A stretch of 63,821 nucleotides of DNA, filler included, from Octopus bimaculoides (lineage: Eukaryota): assembly GCF_001194135.2 (NCBI RefSeq). It is 6 parts of 6 records of this genome, joined end to end, with 100 filler letters (N's around TTAATTAATTAA, not from the genome) between each part and the next. Parts side by side here need not be neighbours in the genome. Positions count along the whole stretch, not along the records: positions 21,316 to 40,829 come from NC_068984.1; 5 more parts are not named here. One strand, given 5' to 3'. The position numbers and the translations under genes were made by a program. The notes under the pieces were generated by a model, which worked only from the letters and a program-made list of their open reading frames with translations, made no database searches and was not told the DNA's origin. How positions within the stretch are numbered: the first letter of the stretch is position 1; every line of letters begins with the position of its first letter. Of the stretch, positions 26,733 to 40,424 are shown one piece after another.

Positions 26733-29683
26733 CTTTTGAACTTAGGCAAGACATATCTTTAGGATAGGAAACGGTACTGAATTTGATAGTCCAAATGTTT
26801 GTGAACGGTGATTTAGCTTAAGGAGCGAGCGAAAAAGGAATACAGTGCATTAAGGGACTAAAGGATGTACCGTTGCGTTGTGTAGGGGGTTGCAAATCAG
26901 ACAGATGATCTATTGCGGTGAAACATATAATTTAGAGTAATTGTTGTTTAGAAAGTCATACAGTACCGTTCCAGATATTCCGATATGTGTGTGTGTGTGC
27001 GTGTGTGCGTATGCGTCGTTGGTATATGTGAGGTGTATGAATTTACATGTGTGTGAGTGTGTGTGTGTATGTGTGTGTGATGTGTGTTTGTGTGTGTATA
27101 GCACAATTAAACTATTAATTAGTCCACGTCACTATCAAGGGTTTCAGGTTCGGTCCCACTGTCTTTTGTATGTTGTACAAATGCGTTTCACTAAACTTTG
27201 CATGGACCGAAAATTTAGGAGTGAAATTAGTCAGGCAATGAATAATTCGAAGACCGTCACGTGAAATATGCTTGTAATGAAAGCTCCCGCTCTGCCACAC
27301 ACACTTCAACGATTGTTATATTTTTCGAATTACGTTTAGAATACTCAAGTATACAATCATACTAATTCAATTAGCAAATAATTCACTTGATCTAATCAAA
27401 CAACGGAATACTCCTCGTCGAAACCCATGGAAATACATTTACTTAAAATTTATCTGTAAGTATGTGTGCACAAACTCGCGTGTTTATGTGCGTGTGTGTG
27501 TGTGGGGGGGGCTTCTTCCTTGTCGCTGATTAGAACGCAGAACTTGTGAATATATACATTATACACTTCAGATATTTCTATTCTACAATGCCCCAATAAG
27601 ATTGAAGTAAAAATGTAGAAAATGAAGGAGAAAGTGGTGAAGGACGTGATTAGGCCCTCACACTCTGGTGAAATTGATTATACTCATTTCCAACCTAAAT
27701 AACTTTCAATCGGAAGGTCTACAAGGGAACCGTAAGCAAACTAGAGGCCTGACGCCGTTCTTGTCCTATCACTTATGAAAATATAGTTCACCAGTACTTA
27801 ATTTCGTACTAGGAGACTGCGTATTTGTTTAAAGCAATTTTCGTATCGAATTTCTGTGTCACTAAACAGCAGTATACTTACAATATTTTACCGAACTTTT
27901 CTTTCAGTTCTATTATTTAAATTGTTTTGACATTCTCGATTTTGGGAAAGTAGATATTGAAATGTCTTCCCCGTTCTGTTTCTCTCTTTCTCCGTCTCTC
28001 TATCTCCCTCTCTCTTTCTCCGTCTCTCTCTATCGCCCATATTATTTTTCCATTAAACAGTGCAATACTGACAGTTGTGTTTTAGATTTCAATAGACTGT
28101 TACCGATATTTTACAAATATTTAAACATTCTCCTTACTTGGAATGAAATGCCATTCAAAAGCAGATATATTCCATTTATTTTTTATTGAAGACTGAAATA
28201 CATTTTTCTCTCTGCAACAGCCAAGAAAATAAACTTAGTATGTAAAAGTTCATACATATATCCCTGCACATTAAGATAGAAGGTTCGGACGCACGTGCAA
28301 CCATCCAACCNNNNNNNNNNNNNNNNNNNNNNNNNNNNNNNNNNNNNNNNNNNNNNNNNNNNNNNNNNNNNNNNNNNNNNNNNNNNNNTATATTGACGTT
28401 TATACATATAGATACACCGTTCATCTGTATGATACTAAGAAACAATAACATAAGGATATTATCCTCAAATAGATATTTTCGGAGACATTTAGATAATGCT
28501 GATTACACCACTCATTATTTAGTAAAATAACATGACTTCAAGAGCTACCAAATACGTATATTTTTGTCTTGTGTTCAATAAGTATACTTAATACATGCAT
28601 ATTCCCGTTCTATAAACACAATCCTCTTTGCGCTTAATTAAAATTAAATACACAAATATGGCAAGAAGATCAAATATATTCTAATAATGTTTTCCAGATT
28701 GTGTATGAAACTACAATACAAAGAAAAGCTAATTAAGGGCTTTCTTTGAGGAATTATCTGCTCAACAAGGGGAATTTTGGTCTAAAATGAATACGTTCAT
28801 ACACACATGCATACATACATACACATACGAAAATCTTTACACTCTTTAAAAGTTGATAACACTTATATATCATCGCATTACTTTTTAATCAATAGATATT
28901 ATGACGGAAGGCAGGAGAAATTTAACCTAAATTGATCCTGGACTTATGAAAAACGCAATCGAAGTGAAAAGACAATTTTGCGAGGAGTTTCAAAGCGCGT
29001 CACCCAAGTGACTAACCATCATTTAAATTAGAAATAAAGTCGAAAAAGATGGAACTGTTCAGAATGTCCACAAGAAAGATTTTCGAAGAATGAGGACATG
29101 GTAAGACCTAAAAAAAATTGAAAAGTTTAATTGAAACGTATTGCTTGTGCTCAAGAATATCTGTGCAACAAACATGTCATGAGGCAGGAATTTTAAAATA
29201 AAACGTATGTAACATTTTATTTTTTAATAGAAGAAACAACTAAAAGTAATACAATTTTTAGTTTTAATAATAGCTAATNNNNNNNNNNNNNNNNNNNNNN
29301 NNNNNNNNNNNNNNNNNNNNNNNNNNNNNNNNNNNNNNNNNNNNNNNNNNNNNNNNNNNNNNNNNNNNNNNNNNNNNNNNNNNNNNNNNNNNNNNNNNNN
29401 NNNNNNNNNNNNNNNNNNNNNNNNNNNNNNNNNNNNNNNNNNNNNNNNNNNNNNNNNNNNNNNNNNNNNNNNNNNNNNNNNNNNNNNNNNNNNNNNNNNN
29501 NNNNNNNNNNNNNNNNNNNNNNNNNNNNNNNNNNNNNNNNNNNNNNNNNNNNNNNNNNNNNNNNNNNNNNNNNNNNNNNNNNNNNNNNNNNNNNNNNNNN
29601 NNNNNNNNNNNNNNNNNNNNNNNNNNNNNNNNNNNNNNNNNNNNNNNNNNNNNNNNNNNNNNATATATATATATATATATATA

Positions 29684-29723
<40 letters not shown>

Positions 29724-31581
29724 GTGTGGGTGGCTCTGCGTGTACGCATATTAGTGACCTGTGTCCTTGATTATTTTGATTCATTACTTAGTTGTTACGA
29801 GGTGTTCACTATCAAATGCGTAGAAAAGTTGTTTTACGCAAGCAGTGCTTACCATTACCAACTGCTCTACTACCATTATCACTGATTGTACTTCTGCATA
29901 AGGGAACATATGAACGCAGCAGCTTCGTCTATTAAATGGCACTTGACAGCTGCCAGAATATAGAAATTATGGATTTTATTCTGGCCTTCGATTGAAGGTT
30001 ATGAAAGAAGTACTATTTATTAGGTTTTCTGAAAGAGCAGATTAGCAATCACCACGAACTCGTCTGTCAACAGTTTATTATTGCATGACTTGAATATCAC
30101 AGACATCATAACTTCACCACATTATTCCTCTCTGCGTTCGCTTTAGTGTAATCACCAATATATAAGGTGTCCCGAACGACATGTATTTGTCATACTGATG
30201 TCTCATTACAGTAATGTCGTTTGCTTAAAAGTTTACATCAGTATATGCTTTTGTGTGTATGTGCTCCATCTGTATATATATGTGCTATGAAGGTGTACGT
30301 GTGTGTCTTTTAATCTCGTATATTTAGGTGTGCATAGCTCACTTCCTACTTAAAAATTATTCCGGTTCATGATGAGGTCTTGTTCAGTGGAAATATCGAA
30401 TAAATGTATTGCCCATTCCGAAACAAACATTTCATTTGCAAGTGGCTTTTATTATATTTCTCTTTACATATAACAGAATCACGTGTTGACTTTTTAGATC
30501 AGTACTAAACTACAAATAAGATGCAAGATCCTGTAATAGCTGGTGTCTATAGCCGATTACTCACTTGATAAAAAGACCAACAATAGATTCCTTAAAAACA
30601 GACGATCGTCTCAAAAGAATTACTCATTGATTACTACATTCTTAGAGAGACTATGTCTGAAAAGATAATAATAAAATTCCAACTTCAGATCACAGGTCAA
30701 TTTGAATATATCCGTACTTCAACAACAGCAACAACAACAACAGTAGCAAGAGTAGCAGCAGCAGCAACAACAACAACTGAGTATCTTTAAAAAAATTCCG
30801 GCTATATTGATGAACGTTTTCGCTCTTATATCATCCAATAAGCTAATTTTTCGCGATAAAATTGACAGTTTAACAAGACAAGAAACGTGTCAGATAAACT
30901 CTTTTGCTGGTAAACAAGTGAAACCTGTGGTGTAATTACTCGGCTCATCTTTTACATTGTGGCAAAATTATGTGTGTCTGAAGTATGTATACTTCAAAGT
31001 ATACATTAGAGTAAACAATAACCTTTCTTTAGTTTAAAGTAAGCAATAACATTTCTTTAGTTTACCTTAGTAGAAATAGTTACAAACAAATAATGTTTCC
31101 GTGCAAAGATGGGTATTTTTCCTTTGACAAATCACTGACAATGATAGAAATTCATTACAATTATTCATTTTAGTACTCACAGCGGCGTATGGTAGTTAAA
31201 TATTCGCGACAGTGTTGCACAATACCAGACACGTTAGAGCCTGCGATAAAATATTTTCTGGTATTCGCAGAGGCAATTTGCGTTCTGCTGTCAAATCCAA
31301 CTTTTTCGATTTTGCATTTGTACACTCAAGGTCTCATAAAATTAAGTAGCGATCACATACTGGCGGGATGTAATTGATTGACATCTCTACACAAATTTTT
31401 GACATTGTGCTTTTAAGAGAGAACATTTTCACAGTAAGAAGAAATTGCATGTGTATTACAAAAGCGCAACGTAGATTTCATATATGTATCAGTTTGTGTA
31501 TGACCAGAGCTTAAAAAATTCAGTATACAATGAAGACAGGAATCGATCACACAGCTTCGATCCAAGGCCCTATATATATGT

Positions 31582-31706
<125 letters not shown>

Positions 31707-31750
31707 TACATACATATATGTAGGTCCGGAAAAATAATGATGGCATAGAC

Positions 31751-31870
31751 AAATACCTTAGGAATGACTACCCAGGTTCGAATTTCCCCAAGACACCTCA
31801 TGTAGGCTGGAGCGTATATCAGCCGAAACGTTGTGTTAAAATATCTGTCAAATGTAAATGATATAGATAA
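31751..31870 (+). mobile_element. SINE-like family D copy 2 (3' module only; hammerhead core mutated to CTCATGT)
   Basis: ggaatga..cccaggttcgaa.tttccccaagacacct..aggctggag.gtatatcagccgaaacgttgtgtt matches the other two copies. Confidence 0.8.
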
Positions 31871-31879
31871 TTTACAAAG

Positions 31880-31972
31880 AGTAAGTCTTCGTATCGATTT
31901 CTTTGACTAAAACCTTTTATGGCGGTGCTCCAGCTTGGCCGCAGTCAAATAACTAAAAGAGGTAAAAGAATA
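31880..31972 (+). mobile_element. SINE family B 3' end
   Basis: ggcggtgctccagcttggccgcagtcaaat..taaaaga matches 61880-61950. Confidence 0.7.
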
Positions 31973-33343
31973 TATATATATAAAACACCAGAGAGAGTGG
32001 GGAGAGAGAGATACGCTATGTAGAGTAAAATAATGTATTTACAAAAAATAGGAAAGGATCTTCACCTCAAAAGACAGAATATTACACCTAAAGTTGAGGC
32101 TGGTAAATTCTTATATTACGCCACAACCCCAATATAGGGCAGAAACTTTGACAATCTTTAGGACAATTTTATTTTAACTGTCTTGAACACTTGATGCTTT
32201 CACTTGCTCTAGTTTATATCCATCTACCGTTATATTTGCTTCTTATTGTTTTGTTATAGCAACAATTATTATCTTTTATTTAATACATTCACATTAAACC
32301 TTTCTTGACACTATGAACATCCACTGAATCAACAGTATCTTGTAATGTCTTATTGTTCTCTACTAATTAGGCTGTATCATCATCGACATATTGTACTCTG
32401 TTTATATACATGCAATTGAGAGTGAGTTAAATTTTACTCATTTTGACTCAGTTTTCAAAGATATATTTGTGTAGCTATATATATATTTGTAATGTACTGT
32501 AATTGATAATTCAACTCTATCCATTCTTTAAAAACGTCATAGCGCTAAACTCAGAGAACACTATCAGAAAGAAATTTGGCGGATAGCGAAACAAGGATTG
32601 AATGCAGTTTAATTTGTTTGTATTTTACATTAGAATTCCGCTGTGAATGACGTTATTCTTCATCATTCTAGGATTGATATAATAAGTACTAGTAATGAAC
32701 AAGAGACAATTCAATGAACTTATATTTTTTGTCATAAAATGTGCTTTACACCATACTAACAAGAAAAATCAATATCAGAAAAATACATCCAACTTCATTG
32801 ATTGGTTCAATTGTTTAGTGTCTGTATGGAATATGTTATGGAATTTAAGACACATCCAAACCACAAATAGCTTGAGTTGTTTTATTGGATAATATCTTAT
32901 GCCTACATCTATAAATTTCGCTTTGCAAATAATAATATTAGGTACTGGTAGAGAACACTTTTGGACAGTTGTCATTCCCTCTTCTAATACCATACAGAAC
33001 AAACAGTAACACAAGTAGCCAAAGGCTAGAACAAAGAATGGAATTTATCTGGAAATTAAGATGGCGAGTGGAGAGGTAATAAAGTAATATCAAGTTAATA
33101 ATAATCTATTTTGCTTTTGAAAGCAATAATTGCCATATATCATCTTGACTTGCCTCCAAATATCAACAAAGCTGTGCCACAAGACATTTCGTTTCTTCAA
33201 TAACACTTTCATGTAAATATATCTGTCAACTTTATGCAATCACATTGGTTCCAAAGAAGTCTTCTATTTTTTTTCCTTGTTTCCTCCTTCTCAAGTGGTT
33301 TGAAGAGATAAAAGATGATATCACTAAAGGCAAAGCGATGAAG

Positions 33344-33386
<43 letters not shown>

Positions 33387-34950
33387 CACACACACACGCA
33401 CACACACATACACATGCACATGCAAGCACACTCACTCNNNNNNNNNNCACGCACACACACACACACACGCACACACACATACACATGCACATGCAAGCAC
33501 ACTCACTCATACACGCACACATACATTTGTATATGTTCATATATGTATGCATTTGTTTCTTCATATGTATTCGTACATACGTGCATGCAGACAAATATAC
33601 ACGCATTTATATCTATATATACATGTATATATTGTTCGAGGATCGGAAGAAGAATCTATGCTTAAAGTAATTGTATGCTAAATAAATTAAGACAAGAACC
33701 GTATGACTCGAGAACCATGTTTCCAAGTTTTACGTCTTCGTAATCTTCGTACACTTAGATAACCTATGTACATTTGCATAATATCGCTATCAGAATAAAT
33801 CGCGTTGCTAATGTTTCTTTTTATTCTAGTAGACATACTTCCATATCTTAGATATATATTCATTTTCATCTATACCGAAATCTTGATCGAATTAATTTAC
33901 CTTTCTGCTCCCTTCCTGAGATTGGCGGCGGTTGTCTATTTCATTCAGTTTGTTCAAGTCCCGTATGAATAAGTTCATTTTCGTTCTATATAAGTTTCAC
34001 GAACAAAGTTTATATTCAAGTTAGTATTAATATATTTAATGCAAGGAATATATTAAATCACTAACTAGTGATATTTATGAAGCGTAGCGGTAAAAAGAGA
34101 ATAATAATAAATAAGTGATGACATTTTATTTATTTTGGCAAATAGAAGACGAGTGCTCTATAAGTTTCGATATTAATATGAATTTATAAGAGAGGCAGAG
34201 GCTTGTTGAAGTAGTGATAGGAAACAAACGAAATGAATTTATATTTCTTTGAGACTAGATCTGGATTAAGGCGATTCCATATCAGATTGTTATTTAATGT
34301 AACTTTCTAATTTATTGCATGCAAATGATATTTCTAATCTTCACATACCGACACGTAAAGGCACACAAATATGTATGTTGACAGTTAACACGTATTTTCT
34401 TGTGGTCGTGGTATGTGTAATTGGGGTGGGGGGGGGGTTCAGAATCCAAAAGAGTACAACGACTCAACAAGATAGCTTCCTCGCTTTAATAGATATGCAT
34501 ATCAGTTACTGTTAATTCCACCATGGTTTCAACNNNNNNNNNNNNNNNNNNNNNNNNNNNNNNNNNNNNNNNNNNNNNNNNNNNNNNNNNNNNNNNNNNN
34601 NNNNNNNNNNNNNNNNNNNNNNNNNNNNNNNNNNNNNNNNNNNNNNNNNNNNNNNNNNNNNNNNNNNNNNNNNNNNNNNNNNNNNNNNNNNNNNNNNNNN
34701 NNNNNNNNNNNNNNNNNNNNNNNNNNNNNNNNNNNNNNNNNNNNNNNNNNNNNNNNNNNNNNNNNNNNNNNNNNNNNNNNNNNNNNNNNNNNNNNNNNNN
34801 NNNNNNNNNNNNNNNNNNNNNNNNNNNNNNNNNNNNNNNNNNNNNNNNNNNNNNNNNNNNNNNNNNNNNNNNNNNNNNNNNNNNNNNNNNNNNNNNNNNN
34901 NNNNNNNNNNNNNNNNNNNNNNNNNNNNNNNNNNNNNNNNNNNNNNNNNN

Positions 34951-35100
34951 TTGACGGATATTCGTCCTCATCTTGTTTGTTGTTAACACAACGTTTCGGC
35001 TGATATACCCTCAAGCCTTCGTCAGGTGTCTTGGGGAAATTTCGAACCTGGGTTCTCATTCCTATCGATGTTACTATTATTATTATTATTATTATTATTA

Positions 35101-35146
<46 letters not shown>

Positions 35147-35221
35147 TATTAATCATGTCGCTGCCGTGAATCGAACTCGGAACCTTGGGGTTAGTAGCCC
35201 GCGCTCTTAACCACTACACCA
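34951..35221 (-). mobile_element. SINE-like family D copy 3 (tRNA head, ~75-bp (AAT)n array, intact hammerhead motif)
   Basis: Minus strand reads GGTGTAGTGGTTAAGAGCGCGGGCTACTAACCCCAAGGTTCCGAGTTCGATTC..(AAT)n..GGAATGAGAACCCAGGTTCGAAATTTCCCCAAGACACCTGACGAAGGCT..AGCCGAAACGTTGTGTT. Confidence 0.85.
34985..35030 (-). ncRNA. Minimal type I hammerhead ribozyme motif
   Basis: GACAC-CUGACGA-A-GGCU[UGAGGGUAUAUC]AGCC-GAAA-CGUU-GUGUU. Helix I is GACAC/GUGUU, helix II is GGCU/AGCC, both catalytic boxes are present, and a palindromic AACGUU replaces helix III, as known for PLE hammerheads. Activity untested. Confidence 0.65.
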
Positions 35222-36339
35222 TCTATGATGTCATTGTCACTGGCATAATGGTGACCAGCCACTGCTTTTTTCATTTTTGGGAATAAATGAAAGTCAGAGG
35301 GGGCTAGGTCTGGTGAATAAGATGGATGGGGAACAAGTTCGTATACAATCATGAATTGTTGCCATGGCAATCACTGAGGTGTGGGCTGGAGTATTGTCGT
35401 AATGAAAAAAGACTCCTCTGGTGAACATTCCCGGCCTTTTTTCTTTGATTGCTTCTCAGAGGCATTTCAGTAGTTGAGAATAACACAGCCCTGTCACGGT
35501 GTGACTCTTTTCAAGGTAATCAATCAGCAAGACACCTTGAGAATCCCCCAAAAGACTGACGCCATGACGTTGCCCGCTGAAGGAATGATCTTGGCCTTCT
35601 TTGGGGTAGGAGAAGATGTGTGCTTCCATTACTTTGATTGTTCTTTGGGTTCAGGCTGGTAGTGTTGAATCAACCTTTCGTCCATAGTAATGAAACGAGC
35701 AAGAAAAATTTCTTCATCAGCTTTAAACTGTTCCAGATTGCTCTTGGACAAAGAGCGCCTGGTGCATTTCTGTTCAGGAGTCAAAAGGCGAGAGATCCAC
35801 CTTGCAGAAACCTTTGAGAACTCAATTTCTTTTGTCACAATGCTGTTTACTCTTTCAGTTGAGATGCCCAGTCTCTCAGCTATCTAACGACATGACATTC
35901 GACGATTTTGCATTAGCAATGGTCAATGAGCAAGGTCAATGTCGTCCTCGGTGGTTGCAGTTAGAGGTCTCATTGGTGTGGGATCATCTTCCACACTCTC
36001 CATGCCACGCTGGAATTCATTTACCCAGCGTTTGACTGTTGCATATGAAGAAGCATTGTCTTTTAAGTTTGTCATCATATCTTCATGGATTTCTGATGGA
36101 GTCAGGTCTTTCAAATGAAGGTACTTTATGACAGCACGATACTCAGTTTTCTCCATTTTTCTTGTAACCTTGACACTTGTTTTTTCAAAAAACAGCAACA
36201 AAAAAAAATTGGAATATCAGAATCATGAAAATGAGCAAGAATACTCCGAAAAGACTGTACTTACGAGAAAAAAAAATTGTTTCAGCTACCTAGCAGCACC
36301 GTTTCTAGGTTATGCTCAAAACTTTTCATACAACCCTCG
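35222..36339 (-). mobile_element. Mariner transposon, near-complete transposase pseudogene; one terminal repeat with TA, 3' end replaced by family D copy 3
   Basis: MEKTEYRAVIKYLHL..EIHEDM..SYATVKRWVNEFQRG (HTH), SARWISRLLTPEQK, FITMDE, QSK*WKH..PKKAK..SAGNVMASVFW, FFHYDNTPAH, ELVPHPSYSPDLAPSDFHLFPK. The terminus reads TA-CGAGGGTTGTATGAAAAGTT on the minus strand at 36339. Confidence 0.95.
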
Positions 36340-39310
36340 TATATATATAGATAGCAAATAATCATCGTAGCCACTTCGATAAGGCGTGTTCCGTTCGGAC
36401 AGACATAACTGCGATTTTTAACCCCAAGAGGTCGTCTCCTCTATATGGAAAACCATGCACAGCTACATCTGATATATTGCGAGCAAGTCGTTTTCATTTT
36501 GCCCGGATGTTAAACTAATACAATGCTTGTTATTCATACACCTGCCTTCGATTTTTGTTTTTAATAAATTTAAACAATATATATATTTGAATTATTTTTG
36601 ATTTCGATTCAGGTAATCCTTTTTTTTTTTGTGTTAAACTATAGGTAACAACTTCAACTACAGTATGCATTTTAATGTTGTTTTGTAAGGCGGCATCCAT
36701 TCTTTGTTTAAGCTTGTAAAGTTATTTTGTTAAATGCTTGTACTGCTGTATCTATTCTGATAAAAATGAAGTGTTGAAATCTGTGCAAGGTAATATTTTT
36801 CCCGCGGTGAAAATAGTTTCGTTGACATACTATTTTCGTCCTTAACTTTGTGAAATTATATTTGTTGTGTTCATTTACTGATGAGTAGACTGTGTTCATT
36901 GTGAGCAGTGTGTAATGAAAGAAAATATTATAATTGTGAAGCGAGTGTCAACGAAACAGTTTTACAAAGTACACATTTATGTAAGCAAAAACATGGCAAG
37001 ATTTACTTAATTTTGTTCGATACCAACCTTGTCTGAGTTTAAAGAATCTAGATGGCAGTATTGCCTTTAATCCTCTCCCAGAGATAATATGAAAATTATA
37101 GACCTGAGCAAGTCCAAACTGAATGCAATGTTACTGAATTTCCGAAAACTGTGTACTTTGCACCATTTCTGCCATAAAGGGTTTCAATATAAACTGCAAG
37201 TTTTATGAAACGCGGTTCAACCGATAATTGAAACGTTCTCACAAAATTACGAAATTACAAGACAGTCTGTAAGCAGTCACTTGACCTTGAAAAATTTGAA
37301 GTCAAATATTACTTGAATTAAACTTTACTGTCCTATATAGGGATGTATTTGAAAGTGTTTTCCAAGATGCACTACGTCCGGGAAAATAGTCAACACGACG
37401 AAAGTTAGGTTACCTTTGATTTTTTTGTCTGCATGATTGAGCAACTGTGAGAATAAATGCAGAACATTTTACCGTAAGGTTACAACCACTCCACAATGTA
37501 AAAATTTGACGTCTTTGTTCAGTGGCCCCATTAACTAAATTATGTGCTCCTATATTGTTGAATTAGTGGATGACACTGTCACACTTAACGTAATTGTCAG
37601 TCAGAACTAGAGCGAAACAGTAGGTGAGAATGTTGTACATTTTGAATTACTAGTACAGTCCAAACTTCGGGCTTCTACGCGGTATAGTTAAAAAAGTATA
37701 GGTGAAACCGAAGCTACAAAAATTGATACACTTGTCTTTGATTTAGTGTTTCTGAAGTGGACAACTTATCCATTCGGCCATACTGTTCTGATGTGATGTC
37801 AGTGTAATGTAAGTAAAAGCAATGTACATATGGCTGCACCTATTTTTAAATACTTCGAAACTGGGTGGTTTAAAAATGACGTTTTGATTTCACAGCATAG
37901 ATAATTGGACAGCAGTCTTTTCCTGTAAACGTTGACAAGCCTGTTATGAATATATATATATNNNNNNNNNNNNNNNNNNNNNNNNNNNNNNNNNNNNNNN
38001 NNNNNNNNNNNNNNNNNNNNNNNNNNNNNNNNNNNNNNNNNNNNNNNNNNNNNNNNNNNNNNNNNNNNNNNNNNNNNNNNNNNNNNNNNNNNNNNNNNNN
38101 NNNNNNNNNNNNNNNNNNNNNNNNNNNNNNNNNNNNNNNNNNNNNNNNNNNNNNNNNNNNNNNNNNNNNNNNNNNNATATTATATATATATATATATATA
38201 TATATGCATGTATGTGTGTATATATATATATATATATACATATATAAGGTTATATATTGTCACACACACATATATGTACCTATGTATGTATGTATGTATA
38301 TGTGTGTATACATATTCATTATTTGTGGTTACAAGAAAATGATAAAAGGAACGTCCTACGCCAGCATGAAATGGTACAGGCATTTCATTTAATCCATCAC
38401 CAACATAATTTCAACGTAATTACTTTACCTTCACCGTGCTTTAAGTGCTGATACCAATAAAATGATAAATAATATATGTATGCATGCAAAATAAAATCAG
38501 AACTTCCACATATTTAATAGAACTTTTATCATACTTCAAAAATGAAGACAAATCTTATTGCTCCGAACAGAGCAATTAAAATTCATTACGGCAAAATCAA
38601 GTAGCTCACGTGGAACCATAACATTATATTAGAAGAAAACCTCCATTATTTCCTATTTAGCGCACATTTTTTACATCTCAAGATCAGCAATTATATCGAG
38701 TATGCAAGAAGACGGTACATGTGATTTTCATATCAATTAAAATTGATTCAATTATAAGGGTAGTTGTGCATTCAACATTGTTGACAACCCTTATTGTAAT
38801 TGCTGCTATAGGGAACACATTTCTTCCGTTTCCCAATTCGGTCAATTTTCTCATGAAATCCATTTACAACACAGCATCTTTTGGAATACAGCTGTGGTCC
38901 ATAGTGTTGTCAAACTTAAGAAGTTTAATGCTACTGAATGATTTACATTAAATCTTTTCAGTCAAAGATTGAAGGTAGAAGTGATGCCTATAAAACAGTG
39001 GATTATTGGTGAAATTACTACCGGAAAAGTTCGATTTGGACAAATTAACATATATATATTTCGACAATGTATATATGTGTGTGTGTTTGTGTGTGTGTGC
39101 GCGTGTGTGTGTATATGTGCGTGCATGTATGTGCGTGTATAAAACATTGGTAAATAAAATCTGAATTAAATAACTTGCTTTTTTCAAATTTTTTTTCTAA
39201 TAGAGAATTAGCAAAAATATTTTGACTGGTATTCATTAAAGTATATGAAGTATATATATAATATATATATATATATACATATATATACATATATATATAT
39301 ATACATGTAT

Positions 39311-39361
<51 letters not shown>

Positions 39362-40099
39362 AAATATATATATACATTTAAACTTGTTAAATACTGCACT
39401 AGAAAAAAGATAAACCATAAAACAGAAAATGGTTGATTATATGCGACTGATAAGGCAATCGCATTCATAGTTGAGACTGATTTGGAGTCACTTATTTAAA
39501 TATAGTATTATCTCGAAGAGGGTTCCCATTGCTATTTCCTTTCATACAGTTGCTTAAGTGAAGTATTTAGTCCTTGTATTTTGCAAAACTTCACCACCTT
39601 TTTTGTGTGTCACTTATCTTTTTGAGTGCCGGCTCCACTTTTGATGACAATAGTTCGTATGATGATAGATTATAATGATAGATTATAATTGATGAATAAA
39701 ATATTAACCAGTGAGTGTCACACTTCTTTCACAATTTTGTTGTATTTTGTAAAGTATGGAACAGCTCACAGTGAAGATTTACATGTATTGTCAGTTCAAT
39801 ATGAACTGGTTATAATGGAAAAGATGAGTAGTAAAAGAAAAAGTGGTTGTTATATCTCGAAGCAGTAATACAGTAGAGAAATCAACTCCATTCTCTTTTC
39901 TATAAGAAAAGAAAGAAGCACCCCTTAAGGAGGTAATTACCGAAGAATGATGCACAGGATTTGTGAAACCTAATAAACAAAAACTGAAAGTAGGCAAAAG
40001 ACGAAATCAATCTTTCAGGGAAGAAATATTTACAAAATCTTTTAAAAAATACATGAGATATGAGATGACAAACATAGCTGACAATGTTTAAAGGAAGGA

Positions 40100-40320
40100 G
40101 TATTCTAGAAAAGGCCGGAGAAATTATTTAGGTACCACAGGAACACGTCATAAGCGTAAATTGGACTGAGATATTCTATCAATATACAGAATATGTGATA
40201 AGCCAGATGAGACAAGAGCTCATATTATGTTGGAATAGCAACTGTGAAGACAAAGTAAATACAGAACATATAAGTAAGTCAAAATTGATATAATAATTCA
40301 CACGGACATTTAGCTAAAAA
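40100..40320 (+). mobile_element. Possible very decayed RLE-type (R4/NeSL-like) LINE zinc-knuckle fragment
   Basis: GEII*VPQEHVISVNW and YRICDKPDETRAHIM..KY resemble the AAQEQAIRTNW and CR-x-C...ET..HI...C motifs; several stops are present. Confidence 0.3.
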
Positions 40321-40424
40321 GTTGGTTACATGTGCACAGTAATGAACTGCAAAACTATTTGGGAGAATAGAAACGCAGGGCAAGAGAAATGATTGAATTG
40401 AGATACTTGTGGGACTTTTCTTGT

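Noticed and set aside
30565-30656. Minus-strand 92-nt segment with a strong acceptor and GTGAGT donor
   Set aside because: Stops in all three frames; shows that good splice-site pairs occur by chance here.
33370-33510. ~60-bp direct duplication around a 10-N gap (similar case at ~12735-12835)
   Set aside because: Typical unmerged contig overlap at a small gap; most likely an assembly artefact.
38721-38951. ORF with LIVIAAIGN resembling class A GPCR TM1
   Set aside because: No TM2 LAxxD motif or further helices follow, and the frame closes after 76 codons.
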